Shown: piece after piece, positions 29,170 through 41,863 of the stretch | Layout of the letters: each line of letters begins with the position of its first letter | Position numbering within the stretch: the first letter of the stretch is position 1 | Source: Eledone cirrhosa | Taxonomy: Eukaryota | Direction: 5' to 3' | Assembly (NCBI GenBank): GCA_964016885.1 | Contig: OZ024746.1 | Location: 65,348,001 to 65,412,000, forward strand | Length of the DNA stretch: 64,000 bases | The notes under the pieces: model-generated | The model's input: only the letters and a program-made list of their open reading frames with translations | Database searches by the model: none | Told to the model about the DNA's origin: nothing | Made by a program: the position numbers and the translations under genes

Positions 29170-29390
29170 CACCGAACTTATATTCATGGAAATTTTTGGA
29201 CTTGACTCGCTCTTCCTCACTTTTCGTTGCTTCACCATCTTTGTTTGTTTACACTCTCGCTGTTCCCTTTATTTACATGTCCCAACGACTTTCTTTAGCG
29301 TTGCTCGCACCAACCGGAGGTATATGGTCTTTAAAGCGAAGAAATACCGATGATGGTTGGAAGATCACTGATGAAGGACCACTTTATTCA
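29170..29390 (+). mobile_element. Penelope-type terminus truncated after CTGATGAAGGAC
   Basis: three copies (29170-29390, 29713-29898, 54770-54978) all ending CACTGATGAAGGAC..TTTATTCA then TA repeats. Confidence 0.6.
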
Positions 29391-29712
29391 TATATATGCA
29401 TATTGCACATTGAGTATATGCCTTTACGCTTTGGCTTCTAACTAATTCACCAATCTCTCCTCTCCTATCTCCATCTCGCTTTAAGATTGGTTACTCTTGA
29501 ACTGTGTATATATATATATATATATAAACACGCCATGTTTTCATATTTTTCATATATTTATATATTTTCCTCCGCTGTGACCCGTCTGTTTCTTTCTTAC
29601 TGCTTCCCCCTTCTCTGTATCTCTCACTTCCTTTTACCCCCTCTGCCAGTCACTCTCTCTGCTGGCCTCTTCTTCACACTTTCACTCACTCACTCTCTGC
29701 TACTCCCTCTCC

Positions 29713-29898
29713 TTCTTCCTCACTTTTCGTTGCATTACCATCTTTGTTTGTTTACTGTCTCGCTCGTTCCCCCCCATTTATGTGTACCAACGACTTTCTT
29801 TAGCCGTTGCTCGCACCTACCAGAGGTATATGATTTTTAAAGCGACGAAATACCAATGAAGGCTGGAAGATCACTGATGAAGGACTAAATTTATTCAT
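29713..29898 (+). mobile_element. second copy of the 29170-29390 family
   Basis: direct sequence similarity. Confidence 0.65.
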
Positions 29899-29931
29899 AT
29901 ATAACCCATTTGCAACCACGCAGCACGCCAT

Positions 29932-29968
<37 letters not shown>

Positions 29969-29973
<5 letters not shown>

Positions 29974-30160
29974 CTAGCTGCAGACGTGAATCTAAACATT
30001 GAGTGCTCACCTGGGTGAACCTACAGTAACTTCACGTTACACTCGTTGGATATATATATATATATCCAGGGAATATATATCCAGGGAGTGTAACGTGAAG
30101 TTACTGTAGGTTCACCCAGGTGAGCACTCGATGTTTAGATTCACGTGTGCAGCTAGGTGT
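29969..30160. repeat. ~75-bp inverted repeat mirrored across a (TA)n centre
   Basis: ACCTAGCTGCA...GTTACACTC / GAGTGTAAC...TGCAGCTAGGT. Confidence 0.92.
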
Positions 30161-30284
30161 AGAGCTAAACAGAGAGTAAATATAATAATACAAGAGCGAG
30201 CTTTTGATTCCACAGTCCGGCCAGATCGATACAAATCGAACCTTGAACTGATCAATAGCGAAACATGCGTCACCTATCAATCAA

Positions 30285-30339
<55 letters not shown>

Positions 30340-30555
30340 ACGACATTCATTTCTGACAAATATTCCAAAACCATCCTTATTTTTTTTTTTGTGGTCACCC
30401 CATTTTTATCAAAAGACATGTATCTTACACCAGACGCACACCAAAGTTCATCTTTAATATAGAAAACTGTTGAAGGTATTTTTTATAAATTTAAGATAGT
30501 TGATTCAGCTATAAGAAAAGAATTTGAAAAACATCCTGTCATTATATTCATCAAA

Positions 30556-30748
30556 GGTCGGTGGATTGGCAGTATCGGTAGAGGGTCGGACGCCATGCTT
30601 TCCAGCACAGTTACGTCCCTTTACGGACTGAGTTCAAATCCCGCCGAGGCTAACTTTGCCTTTCATCCTTACGGGGTCGATAAAATAAAGTACCAGTAAT
30701 ACACTAGGATAATTGCTGGCCTTGTGCCAAAAAGTAGAAACAATTATA
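30556..30748 (+). mobile_element. SINE family A with TSD
   Basis: TSD ATTATATTCATCAAAGGTC on both sides. Confidence 0.9.
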
Positions 30749-31202
30749 TTCATCAAAGGTCATTTATTGAAATGGAATCAGCAGGAGGGCCCGTTTACAA
30801 CCCCTTTCTTAAACACACATTAAACATCCCAACACCACCCCCAATCAATTATCTTGCTGTATTCACTATTTTCTGTATATATATATATATATACTTTAAT
30901 TCCTTTAAATCTTCATCAACATTCCTTCACTCCCACACTCATTAAGCCTCCCCACCCCAGACACACCCAAATCTCTCTTATATATAGAGTCACACATCAC
31001 AGTACAACCTGATCTCAGTTTGATAATCGCCACCGATGAATGCGAGAAAGTTCTCCAGGAAAGTCAACCAGGTATCTTTAAAATTCTCCCCACCAAAGTT
31101 AACAAAGGATTTACTAGATCTACAAGACCAAATTGTAAAATCATAATATCATAAAATTAAATCAAATTGTTTAGAACTACAAGTGAAGTCATTCTTTAAA
31201 TT

Positions 31203-31331
31203 ATATTTGGGGAGGGTCATATTGTTATAATATTGCCAGAAATAACAATAAAACACAATCAATGTTTTGTGAGTGTGCATTATTATCATTATTTCTGGCA
31301 ATATTATAACAATATGAGCCTCCCCATATAT
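31203..31331. repeat. inverted duplication of a Penelope-like tail
   Basis: GGGGAGGGTCATATTGTTATAATATTGCCAGAAATAA / TTATTTCTGGCAATATTATAACAATATGAGCCTCCCC. Confidence 0.85.
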
Positions 31332-31454
31332 ACCAATATTTGTTTCAGCACACGAGATTTCATATCAAAACCTTTGCAAAAGAAATATATATATATATAT
31401 ATATATATACACAATGATATTTATAAATACAAGTGTGCGTATTTATATTTATGA

Positions 31455-31522
<68 letters not shown>

Positions 31523-32029
31523 TTATATATATAAATACGCACACATGTGTTTATAAATATCATTGTATATATGTATATATAATCATATCGATTCTCTTCA
31601 AAATTATTATTAAAATGTAGAATCACGCGAACAAAAGTTAAAAATTATATGTAAATGTAATCTTGATATTTGAAATAAAAAAAAAAGGACAGGTGTACTA
31701 AAGATGTCTAGAGGGTAGAAAACAAAAATCTATATCAGGACATTAATACATCTAATAACAACATACAGTAGCTCAAATATAAAGTAGAATCGAATATGAA
31801 GCACTTTAGTGAGGAATCATGTCTGAGAAACAAAAGGAAGAATAGAGAGAGTGAAGCGTTGATTAAATAACATTCTATATTTGGTAAATATGGAAAAAAA
31901 AACGGAAGGGAAGAAACTATTTTGGTCCTGTCGTAACTTATAAGTTTAATGGTGCGTGACATTGCATATTTCTTTTCAAGGTATGAGCATTTAATACCGG
32001 TATTTCTGTATATACATATGTGTTATGCA

Positions 32030-32064
32030 AATATGCATATATATATATATATATATATACATAA

Positions 32065-32105
<41 letters not shown>

Positions 32106-32127
32106 TATATATCCATATATATATATA

Positions 32128-32191
<64 letters not shown>

Positions 32192-32254
32192 TATATATCC
32201 ATATATATATATGGATATATATATATATATATATATATCCATATTTATGTATAT

Positions 32255-32300
<46 letters not shown>

Positions 32301-32305
32301 GTATG

Positions 32306-32356
<51 letters not shown>

Positions 32357-32385
32357 GTGTATATATATATATGTATGTATGTATG

Positions 32386-32426
<41 letters not shown>
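32030..32426. repeat. compound (TA)n microsatellite
   Basis: direct reading. Confidence 0.95.
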
Positions 32427-32427
<1 letters not shown>

Positions 32428-32751
32428 CGGTATTTGCAGCAAGGCAATACGAGTCGATATATAATGAATAGCTTGATCAACACTCAATGATACACGAAAT
32501 ATATTCATTATTTCAGAGTGGCAATAAATTACGATTTTGTGAACCTCCTACAAAAGACAACTGCATTCTGAAACATATACCATATATACTATATATATAT
32601 GTATATATAAATATATATATATAAATATATATATATATAATATGTATAGAAATTTCGTATTTCTAGAGAAATACGGTTTTAGGAAGCCGTAGCTATGCAA
32701 ACACCGAGGCTAACGCCCTCTAGTGGTGTCCAGCAGAAGCAAGGGGGACAA

Positions 32752-32793
32752 CCATCTATGCATTTCAGGCTTGACTGGCCTTCGTCAGGACGG
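32752..32793 (-). ncRNA. minimal type I hammerhead ribozyme
   Basis: CCGTC-CTGACGA-AGGC-CAGTCAA-GCCT-GAAA-TGCA-TA-GATGG. Confidence 0.85.
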
Positions 32794-33086
32794 TCCCTCC
32801 CACCGCTTGCTACTGCTGGACTTGAAAACAGTCGAGAATATATACTTTTCTCGTCTGGGTAAATGAGGTGATTAATCTCATTTGCATATAAAGCTGCATA
32901 AGTTGGCTCAACTTATAATTGAAAAGAAATAAGATTTCTCTTCAAGCATAGCTTTACACAATATGTATAGAAATTTTGTATTTCTAAAGAAATACGGTTT
33001 TAGCAAGCCGTAGCAATGCAAATACCGGGTGTAACGCCCTCTGGTGGTGTACAGCAGAGGCAAGGGAGACAACCGTGTGGGAGGCA

Positions 33087-33128
33087 CCGTCCTGACGAAA
33101 GCCAGTCAAACCTGAAATGCATAGACGG
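33087..33128 (+). ncRNA. minimal type I hammerhead ribozyme (stem II mutated)
   Basis: CCGTC-CTGACGA-AAGCCAGTCAAACCT-GAAA-TGCA-TA-GACGG. Confidence 0.75.
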
Positions 33129-34021
33129 TTGTCCCCCTTGCTTCTGCTGGACACCACTGGAGGGCGTTATCCACGGTGTTTGCACAGCTACGGTTTCCTA
33201 AAACCGTATTTCTAAAGAAATACGAAATTTTTATACATATTGTATAAAGCTATGCTTGAAGTGAAATCTTATTTCTTTTATATATATATATATATATATA
33301 CATAGTAATAATAAATATGAAGACTAAAATCTGAAGAGGGCTCGATAAGGATTATATATATATAAATATATATGTATATATATGTGTGTATCTTTCACTA
33401 CGTTTGTTATTCTCCAACGCCAAGGTGAGTGCTACATTGTCTGTCTGATGGGAAACATATTCCATTAACATTGCCCAAATGACGTTGGGATCAACCTTTA
33501 AATCCATCTATGGTTTGGGCCCCGTGCAAAAAGTGAACGACGAATGTACATAACTACATAACGGTAGTTATTACGGTCCTTACACATATAAATAATGTAG
33601 TGTACTTAAAATTATGTATCCACAGTCGATCTATATCTTCAGACATATCTACATAGCGCTATTGTGATTACGAGTTGGCGAATTGGCAGAACCGTTAGAA
33701 CGTTGGATATAATGCTTTCAGTATTCGTTCCGAATCTTTGCTCCCTGAGTTGTAGTCACACCGAAATTAACTTTGCCTTTCTTCCATTTAAGGTTGATAA
33801 AAAAGTACCAGTCCATTTCTGGCGTCGATTCCTCCTCTATATCTCTTTCTCACTCTCATCCTCTATCCATCTTTTGAAGAAACCTGCTTTATTCAGACCT
33901 GGACAAGAATGGTTTAAAACGGTTTAAAAAGTACTCTATAAACGCCATACGGTCCATACATACATACACTGTGGCTATGGAGTTTCTACATCCAGCAGTC
34001 ATTATATGTTTTATGTTTTAT

Positions 34022-34208
34022 GGGCGGTGGTTTGGCAGTATCGGTAGAGCGTCGGACGCCATGCTTTGACGCATAGAGTTACGGCCCTTGCCATTCTGAG
34101 TTCAAATCCCGCTGAGGTTAACTTTGCCTTTCACGGGGTCGATAAAATAAAGTACCAGTAATGTACTGGGTAATTTCTGGCCTTGTGTCAATAGTAGAAA
34201 CAATTATA
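34022..34208 (+). mobile_element. SINE family A with TSD
   Basis: TSD ATTATATGTTTTATGT. Confidence 0.9.
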
Positions 34209-35445
34209 TGTTTTATGTGATTTACCAATTTGATTTATCCGCGGATTACCAGAGATTTTAATAACCGTAAACAAAAAGTGTAACACATTAGATGCTTCTG
34301 AAGAGTTAGTTGTGTTTACTTAAGTCAAATTAAACCACTGGCAATACACGCATAAATCAAATTCTTAATACATATTCAGATTCCCGATTATATGTTGATT
34401 GCGCCTTTCATTAGTTCGTAACCTCACCTGTACACACTCACACACCCTCATATACACACGCACGAACACACACAAACACAGTTTAATCACTTTCTGTATA
34501 TCAAATTTTATTGTAACTCGAGCTTACATTAAAAAAATATTTGCCCAGTGGGACCGAAACTAAAGCCACATGTTTGTGTAACTAACTTCTTAAAAACAAT
34601 GTTGTGTCTCAACCTTCTTGTGGTTTTGTTTTTCCATTTTACTTCCTTTCATTATTATATACATGTTTAAATGTATATATATATTTTACTGATTAAACTA
34701 TTGGAAGAAATACAATATTATCTATATAGTCTTATGAAACTTACTTCCTCCCATGAAAGGTTATGTGCGATTCATAGAAATTTTAAGTAATGAATGGAAT
34801 AAAGATTAGAAAGAATAATTTAGCTTGGGGATTAAAATTCTCTTCAAATATTCTGTTCTTAAGAAATTCGATCCGTTTACATTTGATTTTTATATTAGAG
34901 AAGAAATCACTTCATGTATAGCTTCTTAAATCTTTTATATTTACATGTTAAATAACTTCAGTTATAGAAAGATATAACGATGGAGAAGAGGAATAACTGT
35001 TGAATTAATCGTTTATAAGTAGTAGGATAAGAAAATGCATATCTAAAATATATTAATCTCAAGTCTAATATATACACACGCATGATATAGTCAAACATAT
35101 CCTCCCAAATGAACAAATTTTAAACATAGCAGGAATACATTTCACCATTGCTTCTTGGTGATGGTTGATCTAGGATTAAACAACAACAATTTGGAGTAAA
35201 TGGTAGTGCCTGTTTTCTAAATCTAAACTGACAGGTAACGGTTTTGCCGCCGTTGATAACCAACAAATAAAATCTAACATCATTGTAAACTGAATAAATT
35301 ACGTTATATATGTGCTGGACAACAACATATATATTTCCCACTTATATAATAAAATGTATTTCTTCAATGAAAAATTGAAGGAAAGATGTCCGCACATAAT
35401 TCCCAGCTTTTAATTTCTTTTTCTGCCCCCCCCCCCACATGCACG

Positions 35446-35496
<51 letters not shown>

Positions 35497-35532
35497 ACAT
35501 ACACACATACACACACATATATTTATATGTAT

Positions 35533-35730
35533 ATGAAAAGATTCAGGACCTTGACGACTGAGCTCCGGCCGTTTCGACAGTTAGATCCGAAATCAGTTCG
35601 GATTTAGCTATCGAAACGTCCGGAGCTCAATCGTCAGGGTCCTGAATCTTTTCATATTACCCACTCTACTACCCCAAATATCGAGTACTCTAGTGGGTTA
35701 CGGTCCACCTGGTTTTTCCCACACACTATC
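35533..35730. mobile_element. hairpin element family D (fold-back terminus + tail)
   Basis: ~58-bp arms (35533-35655) with 7-nt loop; related copies at 46747, 58451, 60914. Confidence 0.8.
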
Positions 35731-35749
35731 TGATATATATATATATAGG

Positions 35750-36080
35750 GGGTTATCCTATGGATAGGCATCTCCGCAGGGAAGATCCCGAGTGATCCTG
35801 TCTGATATTGAGGCCCTCTCTCCCGATGGCTCTGAGGTGTGGGATATTGTCTGAGTTGGCCCAGTCTCTGGGTCTGGGTTTTAGCCGTGGGGTAGTGCAG
35901 GACGCCGGGTAGTGTGCGGCACCATGGGATATGGGGGGTTCTATGTGTAGCATCGCTGCATCTGTTGTGTATGCGAGCAATTTCATTTGAAATCTACCCT
36001 CTTTTAGAGATGTTCAGGAGGGCTGATGTGTAGCGGACGCAAATGTCATTGCTGCCTCTTTGCGGTAATTTTTTTCCAGG
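35750..36080 (-). mobile_element. probable Penelope-like RT thumb/linker fragment, degenerate
   Basis: GC-richer island; frameshifted translation includes EIARIHNRCS and IFPAEMPI, reminiscent of the PLE thumb-EN linker. Confidence 0.35.
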
Positions 36081-37884
36081 ATTATTCTAGAATTTACCTA
36101 CCCTTCATGCCACATCTGTACATTTTATAGGTGCACCAAATCCATAATATAGCGACATGCATGTGTTCTGCACTGTATATCAACAAGAATATTATGCTAA
36201 ACATAATTTCATCTTCGTTGGAATTATTATGTTTTATAATATTCCCAGTATATATAATACAAAACTATTCAGGATTTTGTAAATACATTTTCTGTATAAA
36301 TTCTACGCCAATAGAAATATATAAAAATATTGAAAAGTAAATATACTTAAAACAAATAGAAATGCTTCATTGTCTGCTGTTAGTATTTTATTTTGATTCT
36401 AGTTTTTATCATAAAGAAAATGACATGCATTCTGTTTGCGTCCTGAATTAACAAAATAATAAACATATGCACAAATAAACAGCAAAATAAAAAAATCTCC
36501 GTATGTTGTAAAATTGCTTTAATAAATAGAAATAGCCAAATCAAATTACTTTAGATGTCTAAAATTAACATATTTTCCAATTTCTTTTATTGTAGCTTTG
36601 AATAGATATTTTTTTTACTGCAAGTTGTTTTAACGCAGCCCTTGTTATATTAAATATATATATATATTTATGTTGATGTACGCACGTGTGTGATAAAGTA
36701 TATGTATTATTGAGTATGTCTTATTGTGGGTCATTTCAACCTTTTGATGAAAAAAGGGTGGTATCCTAATATCATGTTAACGCCTCCATTTTTAAATATA
36801 TACCAGTCACATAATGATTTGGATTCATAATTCCTAGCTCTAAACCTTGCTCTATAAAGGTATTTGACACTGCTTTTACATAAGAATAAAATCGAAAAAA
36901 TATTAACTTAATTTAAAAGCTTGATTGAATATATACGCCGCATATTAAATTTCACAGTTGAATATGACTCATTTTAATCAATCTTACAAAAATCATAAAA
37001 AATGTAAGCGTCCCTTTACATATATTTTGAACGCGAAGGAAAGTCTATGGAGTAGATATTACAAAACTAAAGAGTTTCGTTATTTTGTAGAATTGAAAGC
37101 AACTACACGTGTAAAAGGATGTAATCAAGCCTCTCCACAGAAGAGAGCCATCACCGGGTTACTCGACCTGTTCGAAGTGGCAGTTTAATCTGTTTCTCTA
37201 ATCACACCCAAATGTCTTAAATGCGGAGGCACTCATTAGATAAGGTATATTGTTCGGAGAAAAGATGGATGACCATGTTTAGAACGTTTTCTGAGGATTT
37301 AAGGACACATAACCCCTAATAGAATCGTACGAACGCCATAGTGACATATTGACATAAAGCTTTTTATGGGCATTATTTATTAAAATGGCAGAACATCTCC
37401 TCTCCAGATTTGAACACAGTTGATGTTTTCAAGAGAAGAATAGTGAGTCAGAGAAAGGAAGTGAGAAAAGCATATATAATAGAAGAATCGATCCGTGTAT
37501 TAGACTGGTAGTTTTTATTGACCTTGAAAGGATGAAAAGTAAGGTTGACCTCGGCAGGATTTGAAATAAGAAAGCAAAGAGCCGAAAAGGAATATAGCAA
37601 AAGTAACGTTTTAACGAATCTGCTAATGCACCGCCTCAACTGAAAATAAATATGCCTAATAAAATCAGCACATCAACGAAAAGAATGTGGAGTGAGGATC
37701 AGCTGTTTTAGCTATACCATAATGTTTATTAGACTTACGACAGAATATATCACTTAATTATATTCTCCAACACAATACTTCCGGGAAAGAGTGTTAGTGA
37801 TAAAAACTCGCACAAACGCATACACACATACCACACTCTAACATGTATATGCACATAAACATGCACAGTTATATATATATATAT

Positions 37885-38106
37885 GTGAAGGCGTGTGGCT
37901 GAGTGGTTAGAGAATTGTATTCGCAATCGTAAGGTTGTGAGTTCGATTCCTGGACCAGGCGATGCGTTATGTCCTTGAGCAAGACACTTTATTTGACGTT
38001 GCTCCTTCTACCTGGAGTTGCGACCGATAGATAGTATTAGCAATTGGAAAGACCAACGGAAACATTGTTCCCTCGGTCCGATTTGACAAAAAAGTCGATC
38101 GTTCCT
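37885..38106 (+). mobile_element. SINE family B, tail type 3
   Basis: A/B boxes, CORE-like TGTCCTTGAGCAAGACACTT; tail shared with 55496-55706. Confidence 0.85.
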
Positions 38107-38132
38107 TATATATATATATATATATATTTATA

Positions 38133-39605
38133 TATGGATTCCAGATATAAGCTGAAAGTGACATCATGTTACTTCTTAAAGGGTTAAGAAAAGAATGGGT
38201 GTGCATGTAAAGACGCTGCTTGAATCTATTGGCGGTTAACCATATGTAAGCCCTACCGGACATGGGTGTTTCGACCTTACATTTGTAGACAATGTTACTG
38301 GAGAGGAATTTCCGAGATAGAAGGCAGTCATCCCGATTCCTACAATTACAGTTAGTACTAGCTACAGGGTTGCACGTGTTCATACGGCTAGGTCATTTAG
38401 CTAAATTTGAAGCAGTGATGTTATGTGCAAGGTTAGGAGTCATAGAGTAAGATATTTTAATGGTATTTCTATTAAAACTTTTGTTATATTTATGTGCTGA
38501 GGGGAAATGCTTCTTAATACGGGAGAGGAAGATCTTAGCTAATGGTGTCGCCACCTCCATATTATATGGTGGGTTATACCATGTAATTCGTCGGGATCTA
38601 TTTTTCCTTGGTCTATGCTCATGCTTAGTATATGCTACCTTATCGACAAATCCACTCAGAGCAAGAGCTTCATTGTAATATGTGGAATGGTCGGTGAAAA
38701 TATGCTCGTTTGAAGATAGACGGGAAAGCCTCAAAGAAACGTGTTTTATCAGGTTCTTGATTATGCTGGCAGGATGGTTAGAATGCTTACTTATGTAATT
38801 AAGCGTATCATTCGGCTTTCTATACGGGTAGTGAAGGCCATTCGACAAATTGAGGGCAACGTCAAGGTAATTAAGGACAGAGAGGTTGGTCTCAACCTGT
38901 ATGGAGAGATTGAAGCCTTTAAAGAAGGTTGTGAATTCTTTTCTGAACCTATCGCAAGCATGTGGACCGCACTTAGTCATGATCAAAAGGTCCTCATCGC
39001 GGTACAAACCACTGCCGACATTGAGGAATTCTTCCTTGATAGAGAAACGAAGGAAAAGACCGATAAGATCTGTAATCTCCGCCGAATCGCTGGCGCCCAT
39101 ACTCACGTAGATTTATTTTTATCCAAATAGAGTCGTCGAAATTAATCACCGACTTACGGGCATTGAGGATGACATCAACTTCGAAATCCTTAACCACCGT
39201 GAGCGTTTTAGCGAAATTGATAGCTCTAAGAAGAAGTGGTAAAGTGTTGGAAGAGTAGTAATTATTGATGTCGAATTGGATAAAACAGCAATGTTCCTTG
39301 TTGCATATGCCATTGAACCAATCAATCACCGCGAAGGAATTATTCCACAGTGCAAGAGGGGCCAAGCTCCTAATTTCAGGTATAATTCTATCTAAAATCC
39401 TTTTACTAAGTCTACCTAAATCAGACATCGTAGGGTTAATTAGCTGAATAGAAGGGTTGTTGGCGAAATTGGTTTCGTGATCCTTCAGGGTAAAGTGGGG
39501 AGAAACAGGGTCCAGAGGTTCAGTCCGGTCCTGGATGTTGAGTTCAGAAGTGATTTTAAACCCAGCATCGTTGATGTCGTTAATGACACTCCGATTGGTT
39601 TTCTG
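38133..39605 (-). pseudogene. Penelope-like retroelement (Naiad-type) RT + GIY-YIG endonuclease, disabled
   Basis: FIQFDINNYY, MGASDSAEITDLIG, GLYRDE (YRDD mutated), NYLDV, WYNPPY, FNRNTIKISYS, CNCR..C, NIVYKC..YIW (YIG mutated); frameshift ~39110, in-frame TGA 38393. Confidence 0.92.
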
Positions 39606-40030
39606 TAACTTAAAGATTAAAGTGGTAGAAAAGTCAGAAACTACCATAAAATCCCTGATCAGCAAAACATACCCTTTTAAGAAAACCCACTGTACTAATA
39701 GGAAGTGTGTTATATGTAAAATAAACCCCTAGATAAACTGTAAAACTAGAAATGTAGTCTATAGCATAAGATATACAGAGGGTACTTGCAGAAACATGAC
39801 AACAACTTACATAGGCGAGACAGAATAGACCAACATTGGGGGTAATTAAAAGGACGGAAAAACGGTTCAGTACTATACGAACACGCCAGACAACAACATG
39901 ACGGTAACATAGACAACACAGAAATTAAAATAATATCTAAACATAGAAATGACCCAGTGGGTAGGCAAATCAGAGAGGCAAGCAAAATACAGCTTAGAAG
40001 GCCAAAGCTAAACAGAAAAAAAATGAATGG
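39606..40030 (+). pseudogene. second Penelope-like element, Cys-rich linker + GIY-YIG endonuclease, frameshifted
   Basis: KIKVVEKSETTIKSLISKTYPF..HCTNRKCVIC / NCKTRNVVYSI...TYIGET / SVLYEHARQQH...DPVGRQIREA...PKLNRK. Confidence 0.85.
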
Positions 40031-40311
40031 AATAATAACACCAAAACAAACAATGCTGACTTAAGAGAAATATAAATAAATAAATAAATAAATATATACA
40101 CAAGCACAACAACAACAAACACATATAAACACACACTAGTAAACTAAGATAGAATACAATAAACAAAACACAGTCACCCAAACGCGAACACACACACCAA
40201 CACTATACACACACGCAAACGCATGCGCAAAGAAGACAAAAATAAATAAATAAATAAACAGATAAAATAAAAATGGCGTAGACATAAAATACAACAGGAG
40301 GAACATAAAAA

Positions 40312-40360
40312 TACCACTGATGAAGTTGCAGATGTGCAACGAAAGAACTTTGTTAGACTA
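40312..40360 (+). ncRNA. hammerhead-like motif in PLE 3' UTR
   Basis: CTGATGA-A-GTTGCA-GATG-TGCAAC-GAAA; stems I and III degenerate; ~290 nt downstream of GIY-YIG remnant. Confidence 0.55.
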
Positions 40361-40503
40361 TATATATGCGTTTATATCTGTATTTTTGACCGTTGGTCAG
40401 TCAATGATAAACATTCAGGACCAAATGAATTAACTGTGGCGATATAAAAGATACAGAAGCGAAAACCAACGAAACAATGAGTGTGATCTGTTATTACTTA
40501 TGA

Positions 40504-40666
40504 CATAGTTACGTCCCTTTCTAGCATAGTTACGTCCCTTTACGGGTTGAGTTCAAATCCCGTCGAGGTTAACTTTGTCTTTCATCCTTACGGGGTCGAT
40601 AAAATAAAGTACCAGTAATGTACTGGCTAATTGCTGGCATTGTGCCAAATGTAGAAACAATATTAT
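40504..40666 (+). mobile_element. SINE family A inserted into the PLE tail
   Basis: interrupts sequence that is contiguous at 4600-4700. Confidence 0.85.
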
Positions 40667-40728
40667 TTCAACAATATGACCCTCCCCAAGTATAACAATA
40701 CACACACACACACATATATACATATACA

Positions 40729-41519
<791 letters not shown>

Positions 41520-41863
41520 ATATTTATATTCATTAGTTAAGCAAAACAAGACCACAAACTTCACAAGGAAGACATTATTAAAAGATTGTCAACATATTTT
41601 AGTTTGATGTAAGGAATGTAGAGAATAATAATAATAATATTAATAATAATAATGTCCGTTTACTACTCCATATAATATTTCTGGATCAGATGACTATATA
41701 TCATAATTTATCTGGTTCAGTTGAAAATAATTAACATATTTAAAAAACAGAGTGGCTCATCGGAACTTCAAAGGAATATAAATTAAAATAATGGGATAAT
41801 GTTACATAATATAATGTTCCATATATTGGTTTATACTATGGTGTCTTGGTTGCATCAGCGCTG

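Larger units (their letters stand above)
32639..33279. mobile_element. retrozyme-like element: ~321-bp tandem unit (minus, ~1.4 copies) plus inverted partial copy
   Basis: 32639 repeats at 32960; 33077-33279 is an inverted copy; flanked by (TA)n; second locus 40788-41412. Confidence 0.85.

Noticed and set aside
33303-33350. CTGAAGA as another hammerhead core
   Set aside because: No GAAA or stems; it is the reverse complement of the tail at 16020-16071
38393-38395. In-frame TGA joining the RT-thumb and GIY-YIG ORFs as selenocysteine recoding (some Naiad PLEs encode selenoproteins)
   Set aside because: It falls after NLAK in the linker, not at a conserved Cys; the CNCR..C cysteines use normal codons; the copy has other disabling changes (YRDE, YIW, frameshift) and its 3' UTR is missing, so no SECIS can be seen
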